Positions 1-13,793 are shown, counted from the stretch's first letter. The stretch: 30,046 bases of DNA from Eledone cirrhosa (GCA_964016885.1 CAXHJY010000597.1:1-30046); one strand, 5' to 3'. Numbers and translations are program-made. Notes: generated from the sequence alone by a model not told the origin.

Positions 1-1353
<1,353 letters not shown>

Positions 1354-1358
<5 letters not shown>

Positions 1359-1588
1359 TTTAGAAACACGCAGATACATGCGGACGCACACATATATACA
1401 TGAACGCATCCGCACCCAACTGTGAGTTAAGGGTGCCAACTTCACCGATGTTGCTCAATGAATTGGTCTGTCCCAGTCATTCATTGAGCAACATCGGTGA
1501 AGTTGGCACCCTTAACTCACAGTTGGGTGCGGATGCGTTCATGTATATATGTGTGCGTCCGCATGTATCTGCGTGTTTCTAAATATAT
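1354..1588. repeat. Perfect 110-bp inverted repeat with 15-nt loop
   Basis: atatatttagaaacacgcag...ttgctcaatgaat (1354-1463) vs attcattgagcaa...gcgtgtttctaaatatat (1479-1588). Confidence 0.95.
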
Positions 1589-1851
1589 TAATAACTCCCT
1601 CTGGTCGAGCAATCTTTGAGGTGTGGGGTCAACTGGAAAGCTTCCATTACTCATAGTTCTCGCCTTCATCACTACCTCTTCTACGGCCTCGATATGAATA
1701 CCCCCTCCGCCTCCGTGGTATTTTCTTCGTGGTTATAAGAGGCTTAGCTCTGTTTCTCGACCGTTATATCGCGTGACTATCTCCCCCTCCGCCTTTTGAG
1801 ATTCTTTCTCACGTCGTGTAGACGCGTTCTTGAGACTAATAAAATGAGGTA

Positions 1852-1939
1852 TCCTCTTGATAAGTCGGCAGACCTCGCAAGGACTCTATATCTTTGATAT
1901 ATTGTTTTTGTTTATGCCACGAAACTACGTAGTCGAGGA
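1852..1939 (+). ncRNA. Type I hammerhead ribozyme, U3-A8 core variant (copy 1)
   Basis: Stem I tcctc(1852-56)/gagga(1935-39); core UUGAUAA (1857-63); stem II gt(c)ggca/tgccac with ~44-nt loop; GAAA 1921-24; palindromic stem III ctacgtag; GUC triplet, predicted cleavage after 1934. Confidence 0.75.
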
Positions 1940-2441
1940 ATTTAGGAACAGTTTAGGTATGATACATTTTATTACTAATTATATCTAAATGTTTCTTCTC
2001 TCTTCATAATGTATTTTTTACTCTGATACTGGTTCAGTCTAGTTCAAACTGAATTGGTCTGTCCCAGTCATTCATGAGCAACATCGGTGAAGTTGGCACC
2101 CTTAACTCACAGTTGGGTGCGGATGCGTTCATGTATATATGTGTGCGTCCGCATGTATCTGCGTGTTTCTAAATATATTAATAACTCCCTCTGGTCGAGC
2201 AATCTTTGAGGTGTGGGGTCAACTGGAAAGCTTCCATTACTCATACTTCTCGCCTTCATCACTACCTCTTCTACGGCCTCGATATGAATACCCCCTCCGC
2301 CTCCGTGGTATTTTCTTCGTGGTTATAAGAGGCTTAGCTCTGTTTCTCGACCGTTATATCGCGTGACTATCTCCCCCTCCGCCTTTTGGGATTCTTTCTC
2401 ACGTCGTGTAGACGCGTTCTTGAGACTAGTAAAATGAGGTA

Positions 2442-2529
2442 TCCTCTTGATAAGTCGGCAGACCTCGCAAGGACTCAATATCTTTGATATATTGTTTTTG
2501 TTTATGCCACGAAACTACGTAGTCGAGGA
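2442..2529 (+). ncRNA. Type I hammerhead ribozyme, U3-A8 core variant (copy 2)
   Basis: Same fold as 1852-1939 at +590 offset; the only change lies in loop II; predicted cleavage after 2524. Confidence 0.75.
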
Positions 2530-2604
2530 ATTTAGGAACAGTTTAGGTATGATACATTTTATTACTAATTATATCTAAATGTTTCTTCTCTCTTCATAAT
2601 GTAT

Positions 2605-3032
2605 ACATATATATATATATATACATATATATATACATATCTGCATATATATATACATATCTGCATTGCTTTATTGTACTACAATAAAACTCATCTCCTA
2701 CATTATATATATACATATATATATACATATATATATACATATATATATACATATATATATACATATATATATATATATACATATATATATGTATATATAT
2801 ACATATATATATATATATACGTATATATATATACATATATATATATACATATATATATATATACATATATATACATATATATATATATATACATATATAT
2901 ATACACATATATATATATACATATATATATACACATATATATACATATATATATATATATACATATATATATACACATATATATATATACATATATATAT
3001 ACACATATATATATATACATATATATATACAC

Positions 3033-3069
<37 letters not shown>

Positions 3070-3084
3070 CATATATATATACAC

Positions 3085-3132
<48 letters not shown>

Positions 3133-3451
3133 GTATACATTATATATATATGCATACCTATATACATATATATATATATATATGTATATACATACATATA
3201 TATATGTATATGCATACCTATATACATACATATATGTATATGCATACCTATATACATACATACATGTATATATATATGCATACCTATATACATACATATA
3301 TGTATATATATACATATATATATATATGCATACCTATATATATACATATATATATATGCATACCTATATATATACATATATATATATGCATACCTATATT
3401 CATACATATATGTATATATATACATATATGTATATATATATATATGCATAC

Positions 3452-3494
<43 letters not shown>

Positions 3495-3514
3495 ATATAT
3501 ATATGCATATATAT
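2605..3514. repeat. (TA)n microsatellite with TACA/TGCATACC variants; contains a small insert at ~2661-2704
   Basis: Direct reading. Confidence 0.95.
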
Positions 3515-3824
3515 AACGGTGATGTATTAGTTTGCGAGGCTTATGATATGAAATCGTGTGTCGAAACAAATATTGTTATACTTGGGGAGGGTCATATTTG
3601 TGTAATATTGCCAGAATTAATAACAGAACAGAGCAGATGCGCAACGAAAGAACTTTGATAAACTGTATTTTTGACCGTGGTCAGTCAATGGCAACATTGA
3701 GGACCGAATAAATTAAATTAACCGATATAAAAGACACAGAAGCGAAAAGCAAAAACCAACCTAACAGTGAGTGTGTTCTGTTATTAATTCTGGCAATATT
3801 ACACAAATATGACCCTCCCCAAGT
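3515..3824. mobile_element. Short TA-embedded interspersed element with a 51-bp terminal inverted duplication
   Basis: 310-bp unique island between TA tracts; 3580-3630 is the exact reverse complement of 3774-3824 (143-bp spacer). Family not identified. Confidence 0.6.
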
Positions 3825-3855
3825 GTATATATAAATATATATATATATATGCATA

Positions 3856-3893
<38 letters not shown>

Positions 3894-3903
3894 TATATAT
3901 ATA

Positions 3904-3939
<36 letters not shown>

Positions 3940-4568
3940 TATATATATATATATATGCATATATATATATATATATATGCATATATATATATATATGTGC
4001 ATATATATATATATATATGTGCATATATATATATATATATGTGCATATATATATATATATATATATGTGCATATATATATATATATATGCATATATATAT
4101 ATATATATATATATGTGCATATATATATATATATATGCATATATATATATATATATATATATATGCATATATATATATATATATGCATATATATATATAT
4201 ATGCATATATATATGCATATATATATGCATATATATATATGCATATATATGCATATATATGTATATAAGTATGCATATATATGCATACTTATATACATAT
4301 ATATGCATACTTATATACATATATATGCATACTTATATACATATGTATGCATATATATATATATATATTTATATATATGCATACTTATATACATATATAT
4401 GCATACTTATATACATATATATGCATACTTATATACATATGTATGCATATATATATATATATATTTATATATCTGCATACTTATATACATATATATGCAT
4501 ACTTATATACATATGTATGCATATATATATATATATATTTATATATCTGCATACTTATATACATATGA

Positions 4569-4620
<52 letters not shown>
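3825..4620. repeat. (TA)n microsatellite with TGCA / TGCATACTTA higher-order units
   Basis: Direct reading. Confidence 0.95.
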
Positions 4621-4626
<6 letters not shown>

Positions 4627-4992
4627 AGATAGATAGACAGATAGATAAAAGTGTGTGTGTGTCTGTCTGGGTTAGTTTAACCGAATAGAAATCTTCCAGA
4701 ACATTCTCTCATTGTTCTATATTATCCCGTAGTCTTTGCAGAATGTTTGCAATCATTTTTTGTTTCTTTAATCTTATGTCTCTTGCTATACACCCTTGCC
4801 TACTTCCTCCATTTTCTCTGCCACGTGGTGTGTTCTCTTCTCTGTTTTTCTTGAGGCTGTGGTGGGGAGGTGCACTTTTGTCTTATATCATCATGTTACA
4901 TTATTATACGCTATATGCTTCGTTGATGGTTTTTTAATCTATCTATCTGCCTGTCTGTATATCTATTTGTGTCTGTCTATCTATCTATCCAG

Positions 4993-5505
4993 TTGACCAC
5001 CGAGTCCATTGTCATAATCAAACCGCCACCCTCCTTTGTGTGATAGCTATGGCGAAAGAGGTTGTATGGTGGACGAGGTTAAAAGGGCTGAGGTCAGACA
5101 CCTTTCTCTCCGGCCAACAACTGATTCTCTTTTTCAAATACCACTTTGGAAGAAGAATCAGGATGGAGAGAGAGGTGCTGTACCCCAGCAAGTTTTATAA
5201 AAGGTGGGTGAAAGTGGCGAGAATGGCCCGAGTGGTTGGGCCTTCTCTCTATATCAGCCTGTAGGTTGAGGAAAAAGAAGAGAGGAAAGGGGTACTCACT
5301 CTTCGTACTCCTGGAGATGAGGATTGCACATTTTTTTCGTGGGTATGTGCTACCCATATGAAATGTCTCTCCCTATTGGGGAAAATCGATTAACTTTTAA
5401 TTTGCATTTGTGATAGTATTTTACACGTTTTTATTGTATGTAAACGCCCCCCTTTGTAATTGTCCCCTTCTTTTGTGCCCCTGTGGCTAATAAAGAAACA
5501 TATCT
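4993..5505 (+). mobile_element. 3' fragment of an L1/Tx1-like LINE (ORF2 C-terminus plus 3' UTR), copy 1
   Basis: ORF 5040-5264 IAMAKEVVWWTRLKG...FFKYH..RRIRMEREVL...FYKRW fits the AK..VW..R...R...E...F..RW pattern of L1/Tx1 ORF2 C-termini. The UTR ends tgtggctAATAAAgaaa plus a tatc/tc tail, and (ctat)n lies upstream. Confidence 0.65.
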
Positions 5506-5515
5506 CTCTATCTCT

Positions 5516-5865
5516 CATTTTGGATGGAGAGGGAGGTGCTGTTCCCCAGCAAATTTTATAAAAGGTGGGTGAATGTGGCAAAGATGGCCCGAGTGGTTGG
5601 GCCTTCTCTCTATATAAGCCTGTAGGTTGAGGAAAAAGAGGAAGAGAGGAAGGGTGTACTCACTCTTGGTGCTCCTGGAGATGAGGGTTGTACATTGTTT
5701 CGGGGTGTGTACAACCCCTGTGTAACGTCTCCCCCCTATTGGGGATTTCAATTGTTATTTCTTATTTTATTAATAGTTTTATTTTCATATACCTGTATGT
5801 AAACTCCCCATTTGTATTTGTCCCCTTCTTTTGTGCCCTTGTGGCTAATAAAGAAATTTATCTAT
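5516..5865 (+). mobile_element. 3' fragment of the same L1/Tx1-like LINE, copy 2 (tandem to copy 1)
   Basis: ggatggagagggaggtgctg...cctgtag (to 5624) nearly matches 5161-5264; homologous UTR ends AATAAAgaaatttatctatctatc. Confidence 0.7.
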
Positions 5866-6001
5866 CTATCTACCTATCTGGCTGTTTGTCCGTTTGTCTA
5901 TCTATCTTTCTATCTATCTATTTGTCTGTCTGTGTGTCTATCACTCCCACTCTATATCTCTCTATATATAATATATATATACTCTGCCATCATATATATA
6001 G

Positions 6002-6051
<50 letters not shown>

Positions 6052-6526
6052 TAAGTGTATATATACGTACGTGTATACATATAAATATATATATAAATGT
6101 ATATATAAATGTTTATACATTGTCCATGTATATGTGTGTGAGTATATATATATATATATATATATATTCATATATACGTTTGTGTATATATATATATAAA
6201 TAAATATATATATATATACATATATCCACTTGTATGTGTGTGTGTACGGATAGATGGATGTTGATAGAAAATGTTTCCTATTATGTTTTATTTTTGTCAA
6301 TTTCAATGTACTCCACAACATCTAATTTCGATTTGATATATACAATCAAATAAATACATTTGAGTGTTCGATAAATGTAGAAAGTTAACCACAGATATCG
6401 TAGAATGCCAATATATTTGTCTGTCCAATTTTCCACTCCACATCTCCCAAACCTACACCTTGCCCTAACCCAACTTTTTTCTTTCCAATTTTAACCTTAA
6501 GCCCACCAAGATTCATAAAAAAAATG

Positions 6527-7676
6527 TCAACACCATCGACACCACCATCATCCCCACACAACACCACCATCAACAACACAACCATCAACACTACCACCAA
6601 CACCACAGCCACCACCAACACCACAGCCACCATCAACACCACCATCAACACCACAACCATCAACACCACAGCCATCAACACCACAGCCACCATCAACAAC
6701 AATAACAACACCACCACCATCAACACCACCATCAACAACACAACCATCAACACCAACACCACAGCCACCACCAACACCACAGCCACCATCAACACCACCA
6801 TCAACACCACAACCATCAACACCACAGCCATCAACACCACAGCCACCATCAACAACAATAACAACACCGCCACCATCAACACCATAGCCACCACCATCAC
6901 CATCACCATCACCGCCACCACCATCACCATCACCAACACCGCCACCACCATCACCATCACCAACACCGCCACCGCCATCACCAACACCACCATCACCAAC
7001 ACCACCAACATAAACAGCACCCCACCAACACCATCTACACCACAGCAGCCACCATCAACAACAAAATATAGCAACACATCAAAAATAAAAATAAAAAAAT
7101 AATCGAAAACAATGGAATACAACCAAACAGCAACAACAACAGCAACAACAACACCAACACCAACAACACCCCCAGCAACAAGAACAACACCACCAAAAAC
7201 ACCACCACCAACAACAACACCACCAACACCAACAACACCACCACCAACAACACCACCAACAACACCCCCAGCAACAAGAACAACACCCGCAACAACACCA
7301 TAAACAACACCAACAAAAACACCACCACCACCAACAACAACAACAACACCACCAACAACAACAACACCAACAACTACACCAAGAACACCACAACCACCAA
7401 CAACATCACCACCAACAACATCACCACCAACAACATCACCACCACCAACAACATCACCACCAACACCACCATCACCAACACCACCACCACCAACACCACC
7501 ACCACCACTATCACCAACACCACCACCACCAACACCACCACCACCAACAACACCACCACCAACAACACCACCACCAACACCACCACCACCAACAACACCA
7601 CCACTACCACCAACACCACCTCCACCAACACCACCACCACCACCAACACCATCACCACCAACAACAACAACAACAC
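6527..7676. repeat. Compound (CAC/CAA/CAT)n trinucleotide tract
   Basis: Direct reading; source of the Thr/Asn/Val-rich ORFs. Confidence 0.95.
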
Positions 7677-7884
7677 CTCTTTATTACCTTAGCAGAACTA
7701 AATCATTAACAGAATATTTCTTCCTAAAATCGTACTGTAACTAGAAGTTATGGTGGAGAGTGAATACGAAAGTGAAAGTAGACTAACTTTGGCACCAGCA
7801 CTTCGTTATTTTACTAAGGTTTCATTTCCATCAGTTACCGCGTTAATTACATATAGCAAAACACCCTCATCGCACAGTCCACCT

Positions 7885-8095
7885 CCTTCTCGCTCCATCC
7901 TCTCTCCCTCTCGCTCCATCCTCTCTCCCTCTCGCTCCATCCTCTCTCCCTCTCGCTCCATCCTCTCTCCCTCTCAACATCCTCTCTCCCTCTCAACATC
8001 TTCTCTCTCTCCATATCTTCCCTCTCTCCATATCTTCTCTCTCTCCATATCTTCTCTCTCTCCATCTTCTCTCTCTCCATCTTCTCTCTCTCTCT

Positions 8096-8128
<33 letters not shown>

Positions 8129-8548
8129 CTCTCTCTCTCTTCTCTCTCTCTCTTCTCTCTTCTCTCTCTCTCTTCTCTCTCTCTCAACATCTCTCTCTCT
8201 CTCTCTCTCTCTCAACATCTTCTCTCTCTCCATATCTTCTCTCTCTCTCTCTTCTTTCTCTCTCTCCATATCTTCTCTCTCTCTCTCTTCTTTCTCTCTC
8301 TTCTCTCTCTCTCTTCTCTCTCTCTCTTCTTTCTCTCTCTTCTCTCTCTCTCTCTTCTTTCTCTATCTTCTCTCTCTCTTCTCTCTCTGTTCTCTCTCTA
8401 TCTTCTCTCTCTATCTTCTCTCTCTATCTTCTCTCTCTCTCTTTTTCCTCGCTCTTCTCTCTCTCTCTTTTCCCTCGCTCTTCTCTCTCTCTCTTTTCTC
8501 TCTTTCTTCTCTCTCTCTCTTCTCTCTCTCAACATCTCTCTCTCTCTC
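7885..8548. repeat. (CT)n-rich polypyrimidine tract starting with ~4 copies of a 21-bp unit ctcgctccatcctctctccct
   Basis: Direct reading. Confidence 0.93.
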
Positions 8549-8709
8549 ATATATGTGTCTGTATAAATATATATATTTACACACATAGGTATGTATATAT
8601 ATGTATATATAAATATGTGTATATATATATATATATATGGATATCGATATCGATAGGTATATATATAAGTATATAGACACATATATGGATATAAATAGGT
8701 ACGTATATA

Positions 8710-8753
<44 letters not shown>

Positions 8754-8755
8754 TT

Positions 8756-8796
<41 letters not shown>

Positions 8797-8869
8797 TTGC
8801 ATATATATATATATATATATACATATTTGCATATATATATATATATATATATACACATATTTGCATATA

Positions 8870-8912
<43 letters not shown>

Positions 8913-8947
8913 TTGCATATATATATATATATATATATACACATATT

Positions 8948-9012
<65 letters not shown>

Positions 9013-9060
9013 TTGCATATATATATATATATATATATACACATATTTGCATATAGGTAA

Positions 9061-9117
<57 letters not shown>
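8549..9117. repeat. (TA)n tract with a recurring cacatatttgca interruption
   Basis: Direct reading. Confidence 0.93.
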
Positions 9118-9507
9118 CTGATGCTGGCTACTTTCGCCTAAATCCTAAGCTTGCGTCTTAGCCATGGCTGTAGTATGTATTTGCTTTAATTACTATTAAT
9201 ACAACCAGCACCACCACCACTACTACTACTAGTAGTAGCACCACCACAATTACAACTACTACGACCACCAAAACTACTACTACTACAACAGAACGAATCA
9301 AGCCAAAATCAAATTCCTCCAAGATATTGCTACTCTACTCTGTTATTTTCTTGTATTTTTGCAATTTTTCTTGTATTTTCTTGTATTTTTCACTGTTTTT
9401 GTGTTTTCTTTTTATTTTGGCGTAGAACTATTTCGTTTCCTCGTATTTCATTAGCTGGATTTTTGATGTTTTTGAAAAACATTCATAAAATCTTTTTTTT
9501 TATTTTC

Positions 9508-9548
9508 ATATATAAAGATATATATATATATATACATACACACACATA

Positions 9549-9608
<60 letters not shown>

Positions 9609-9612
9609 CACG

Positions 9613-9652
<40 letters not shown>

Positions 9653-10212
9653 CACGCACACACATATATATATATATACTCACACACACATATATATATA
9701 CACACACACATATTTATATACATATACACACACATGTATATATATATATATATACACATATATAAATATATACATATATATACACACACACATATATAAA
9801 TAAATATATATATATATGCACACATATATAAATATATATATACATATATATATGCACACACACATATAAATATATATATATATATATGAACACACATAAA
9901 TATATATATATATATGAACACACATAAATATATATATATGCACACACACACACATATATAAATATATATATATACACACATATATATATACACACACATA
10001 TGTAAATATATATATGCACACAGTTATATAAATATATATACATATATATATATATATATACATATATAAATATATATATATACACACACATATATAAATA
10101 AATATATATATATATATACACATATATATATATATATATATAAATATATATACACACACATATAAATATATATATACACACATATATATATATATATAAA
10201 TATATATATATA
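9508..10212. repeat. (TA)n/(CA)n compound microsatellite
   Basis: Direct reading. Confidence 0.93.
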
Positions 10213-10300
10213 CATTCGTTTGCAATTATCAAATATCCTCTTTTATACGCCATGTCAGTAGAAGCCATTCATTCTTACTCTTGTGTTGGCATGTAAACAC

Positions 10301-10346
10301 AACTGCAGACACTGATTCTGGATGATTACTCTTCGTCAGTGCAGTT
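10301..10346 (-). ncRNA. Minimal type I hammerhead, degenerate (GAAU instead of GAAA)
   Basis: Minus strand: aactgca CUGACGA agagtaatcatcca GAAU cagtg UC tgcagtt. Confidence 0.65.
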
Positions 10347-10604
10347 TACTGCTTACCTGCCAACTGTCAGAGCTAGTGATGTATATATACATATTTTTAT
10401 ATATCACTAATAATTAAAAAATAAAAATTCTCGCTCTACATGACTTAGTACAATATATGTAATCTGAGTTTTTCGAATATTAATAATGATATTCGATTCG
10501 TTTACAATTATGCAAACAGCCTCTTATTTATTTATATATTTATTTTTAAAGCAAAGTCAGTAGAATGAGTCCCTCATTCTTGCTCTTGTGTTGGCATGCA
10601 AACA

Positions 10605-10652
10605 AAACTGCAGACACTGTTTCTGAGTCATTACCCTTCACCAGTGCAGTTT
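10605..10652 (-). ncRNA. Minimal type I hammerhead, degenerate (CUGGUGA core)
   Basis: Minus strand: aaactgca CUGGUGA a gggt aatg actc a GAAA cagtg UC tgcagttt; stem II pairing is kept despite substitutions. Confidence 0.65.
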
Positions 10653-10884
10653 ACTGCTTACCGACCAACTGTCAGAGCTAGTGAAACATATATGATTTTT
10701 TCTAAGATATACAGTGATTGATCGGCTTAATTTGCATATTAGCAGACTGGCTGATCAGTCAGATCTGCATATTTCCAGGCCCACTGAAGGCCAGTCAGTT
10801 TCAGTTATACAAAGAGCCACTTTTATAAGCCATGTTAGTAGAAGGAGCCCTTCATTCTTACTCTTGTGTTGGTATGTAAACAGA

Positions 10885-10928
10885 ACTGCAGACATTGTTT
10901 CTGGATGATTACCCTTCATCAGTGCAGT
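10885..10928 (-). ncRNA. Minimal type I hammerhead ribozyme, intact core
   Basis: Minus strand: actgca CUGAUGA a gggt aatc atcc a GAAA caatg UC tgcagt; 6-bp stem I; GUC triplet; predicted cleavage between 10891 and 10890. Confidence 0.85.
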
Positions 10929-11152
10929 ATACTGCTTACCTGCCAACTGTCAGAGCTGGTGATGTATATATACATATTTCTATATATGAATATATATATA
11001 TTCATACTTATATATATATATATATATTTATATTTCAACACACGATTTCATAACAAAAACATTGCAAATTAAATACATTGCCATGACATGTATGTATACT
11101 TCTATATATATATATACAATTATACACACTTATATATATATATATATTTCTT

Positions 11153-11234
<82 letters not shown>

Positions 11235-11449
11235 TTTATATGTGTATTTATTCAATGTTTACGTCGTTGTCCATTAAATTCTGGTGGCTTCGAGTTGGTT
11301 ATTAGGAGAAATGGTGTTTAAATATAACAAATTAAACAATCGGCTGAAAAACTTGTTTAAGTCATGAAATCAACGAAAGTATAAAGTAAAAGCTATAGTA
11401 GAGTTAATGTGTTGTAACGTATAGAAATATTCACATCATAACACACGTA

Positions 11450-12225
<776 letters not shown>

Positions 12226-12457
12226 CGTATATGTAAGGTGTGAGAGGAGGGAAAATATATAATACAAGATAAAAATATTTAAAAATGTCTATAATCATTA
12301 TCAGTTATTGGTTTTGTCATAACAAGAAACAACGTCCATTAGTTGTCATCATCATCATCATCATTATCACCACTACCATCATCATAATCATCATCATCAT
12401 CATCATCATCATTGCCATCACTACCAGCATCATAAACATCATCATTATTATTACCAT

Positions 12458-12650
12458 GGCGGTGGATTGGCAGTGTCGGTAGAAGGTCGGACGCCATGCT
12501 TTGACGCATAGAGTTATGGCCCTTGCCATTATGTGTTCAAATCCTGCCACGGTTAACTTTGCCTTTCATCCTTACGGGGTCGATAAAATAAAGTACCAGT
12601 AATGCACTGGGTAATTGCTGGCCTTGTGCCAAAAGTAGAAACAATTATTA
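12458..12650 (+). mobile_element. tRNA-derived SINE (octopus OK/OR-like, with conserved central core), inserted in a (CAT)n tract
   Basis: A-box-like tggcagtgtcgg (12468-79); B-box gttcaaatcc (12535-44); core gcctttcatccttacggggtcgataaaataaagtaccag, recognised from memory as a widespread SINE central domain; (att)n tail. Confidence 0.75.
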
Positions 12651-12678
12651 TTATAATCGTCATTATAATTACCAACAC

Positions 12679-12711
<33 letters not shown>

Positions 12712-12898
12712 TATTACCATCATGACTATCATCATCATCATCATAAGTGTAGATTGTCAGACAAAACGTCGTTTAAAATGTTCTGGGCTTGAATTAAAAC
12801 TCCTTCGTGGTTAGCTTTGTAATTTATCTTTCTGTGATGTATAAAAAATATATATATATATGTACATGTATGTACACGTATGTATGTACACATATGTA

Positions 12899-12931
<33 letters not shown>

Positions 12932-12944
12932 ATTATATATATAT

Positions 12945-13144
12945 AAGGTAAGTTATTCCGGGTTGAATCGGAGGTAACCACAGTAAGTAAGGTACTCAAT
13001 ATATAGCAGAGTATAGTATAAAAGTTTTAATATAGATGAGATTCTACAGGACTTGAACTGTTTCATTCTTGAGAAATCATCAGGATTCCTGATGATTTCT
13101 CAAGAATGAAACAGTTCTAGTCCTGTAGAATCTCATCTATATTA
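12945..13144 (-). mobile_element. Family C: PLE-like 3' end (hammerhead, attaaa, ~80-nt tail) with fold-back inverted duplication
   Basis: 58-bp arms 13028-13085 / 13087-13144 with 1 mismatch and a 1-nt centre; TA tracts on both sides. Confidence 0.7.
13084..13132 (+). ncRNA. Type I hammerhead ribozyme, canonical core (mirror copy on the minus strand at 13040-13088)
   Basis: gattc CUGAUGA t ttct ca agaa t GAAA cag ttctagtc ctg UA gaatc: 5-bp stem I, short stem II, 3-bp stem III, GUA triplet. Confidence 0.85.
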
Positions 13145-13379
13145 TATATATATATATATATATAAGAGAGAGAGAGAGAGAGTAGAACAGACAAAATATT
13201 TATTATGTTTTGAATTACGAGGGGTAGAGAATCACTAGATTGAAAACATACTCTCTGTTATGTGTTCTCTGTATATTCTATTAAGAAGAGTGAAGAGGCC
13301 GGTACTTAAACTTTGAGCTCATTAAATTACGTGAGTCTTTAACAAAGGAATATGTATAAATTTATATTTATTTATCATT

Positions 13380-13793
13380 AAACAACCCATTTGTGCCCCC
13401 CCCCCCCCATTGGAGATTTTCGATTGTTATAATTGTTTGTTTCAATATTTTTACACGACTGTATGTAAAATCCCCGGCATGTGTCTTTGTATTGTCCCCT
13501 TATCTTGTGCGCCCTTGTGGCAAATAAAGAAATATATCTATCTATATGTTGAGGAAGACAAACGGGAACACCTACAGAAGGTGCTCCTGGTGTTGAGGAT
13601 TGTTCTATCCACGGGGTGTAAAACAACCCCGCAGTAACGTTCCCCCTATAAGGGATTTCGATTATTTTATTTTTATTTTATATATAGTTTATTGTCATCC
13701 ATTTTTGTTAAATATTTTTATGTAAAACCTCCGCCGTCACGTCTTGTAATGTCCCATTTTTGTACGCCCCTGTGGCAAATAAAGAAATATATC
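13380..13793 (+). mobile_element. Two tandem 3'-UTR fragments of the L1/Tx1-like LINE (13380-13545 and 13548-13793)
   Basis: Homology to 5264-5505 and 5624-5865: gttgaggaa..., gtgctcctgg, ggggtgt...acaacccc, ccccct/cat..ggg/ggagattt, tgtatgtaaa, ttgtcccc, tgtggcaAATAAAgaaatatatct. Confidence 0.7.

Larger units (their letters stand above)
10213..10975 (-). mobile_element. Family B: three diverged tandem ~280-305-bp units, each with a minimal hammerhead (retrozyme-like array)
   Basis: Conserved ~135-bp block gtcagtagaa...cttgtgttggcatgtaaac...ctgcagacactg...cagtgcagt...ccaactgtcagagct(a/g)gtga at ~10254, ~10556 and ~10833. Confidence 0.8.

Noticed and set aside
3523-3585. Hammerhead-like stem II + GAAA + caa-ata-ttg + UU
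   Set aside because: The upstream core reads tttgcga rather than CUGANGA and stem I is not in register.
4665-4935. Unique purine-rich (minus strand) segment that might be a decayed LINE or exon
   Set aside because: Stops in the frames I checked and no diagnostic motif.
6385-7676. Mucin-like Thr/Asn-rich and Val/Leu-rich ORFs
   Set aside because: Trinucleotide microsatellite open in several frames on both strands; no signal peptide, domain or splice support.
7680-7860. Possible small exon (MVESEYESESRLTLAPALRYFTK|gt on +, or an aag|gtaata donor on -)
   Set aside because: Splice signals are weak and conflict between strands; no recognisable homology; needs RNA-seq.
9118-9172. Minus-strand tggc-taaga-cgc...gc-GAAA-g-UA-gcca resembling a collapsed hammerhead
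   Set aside because: Core incomplete and stem III absent; could be chance.
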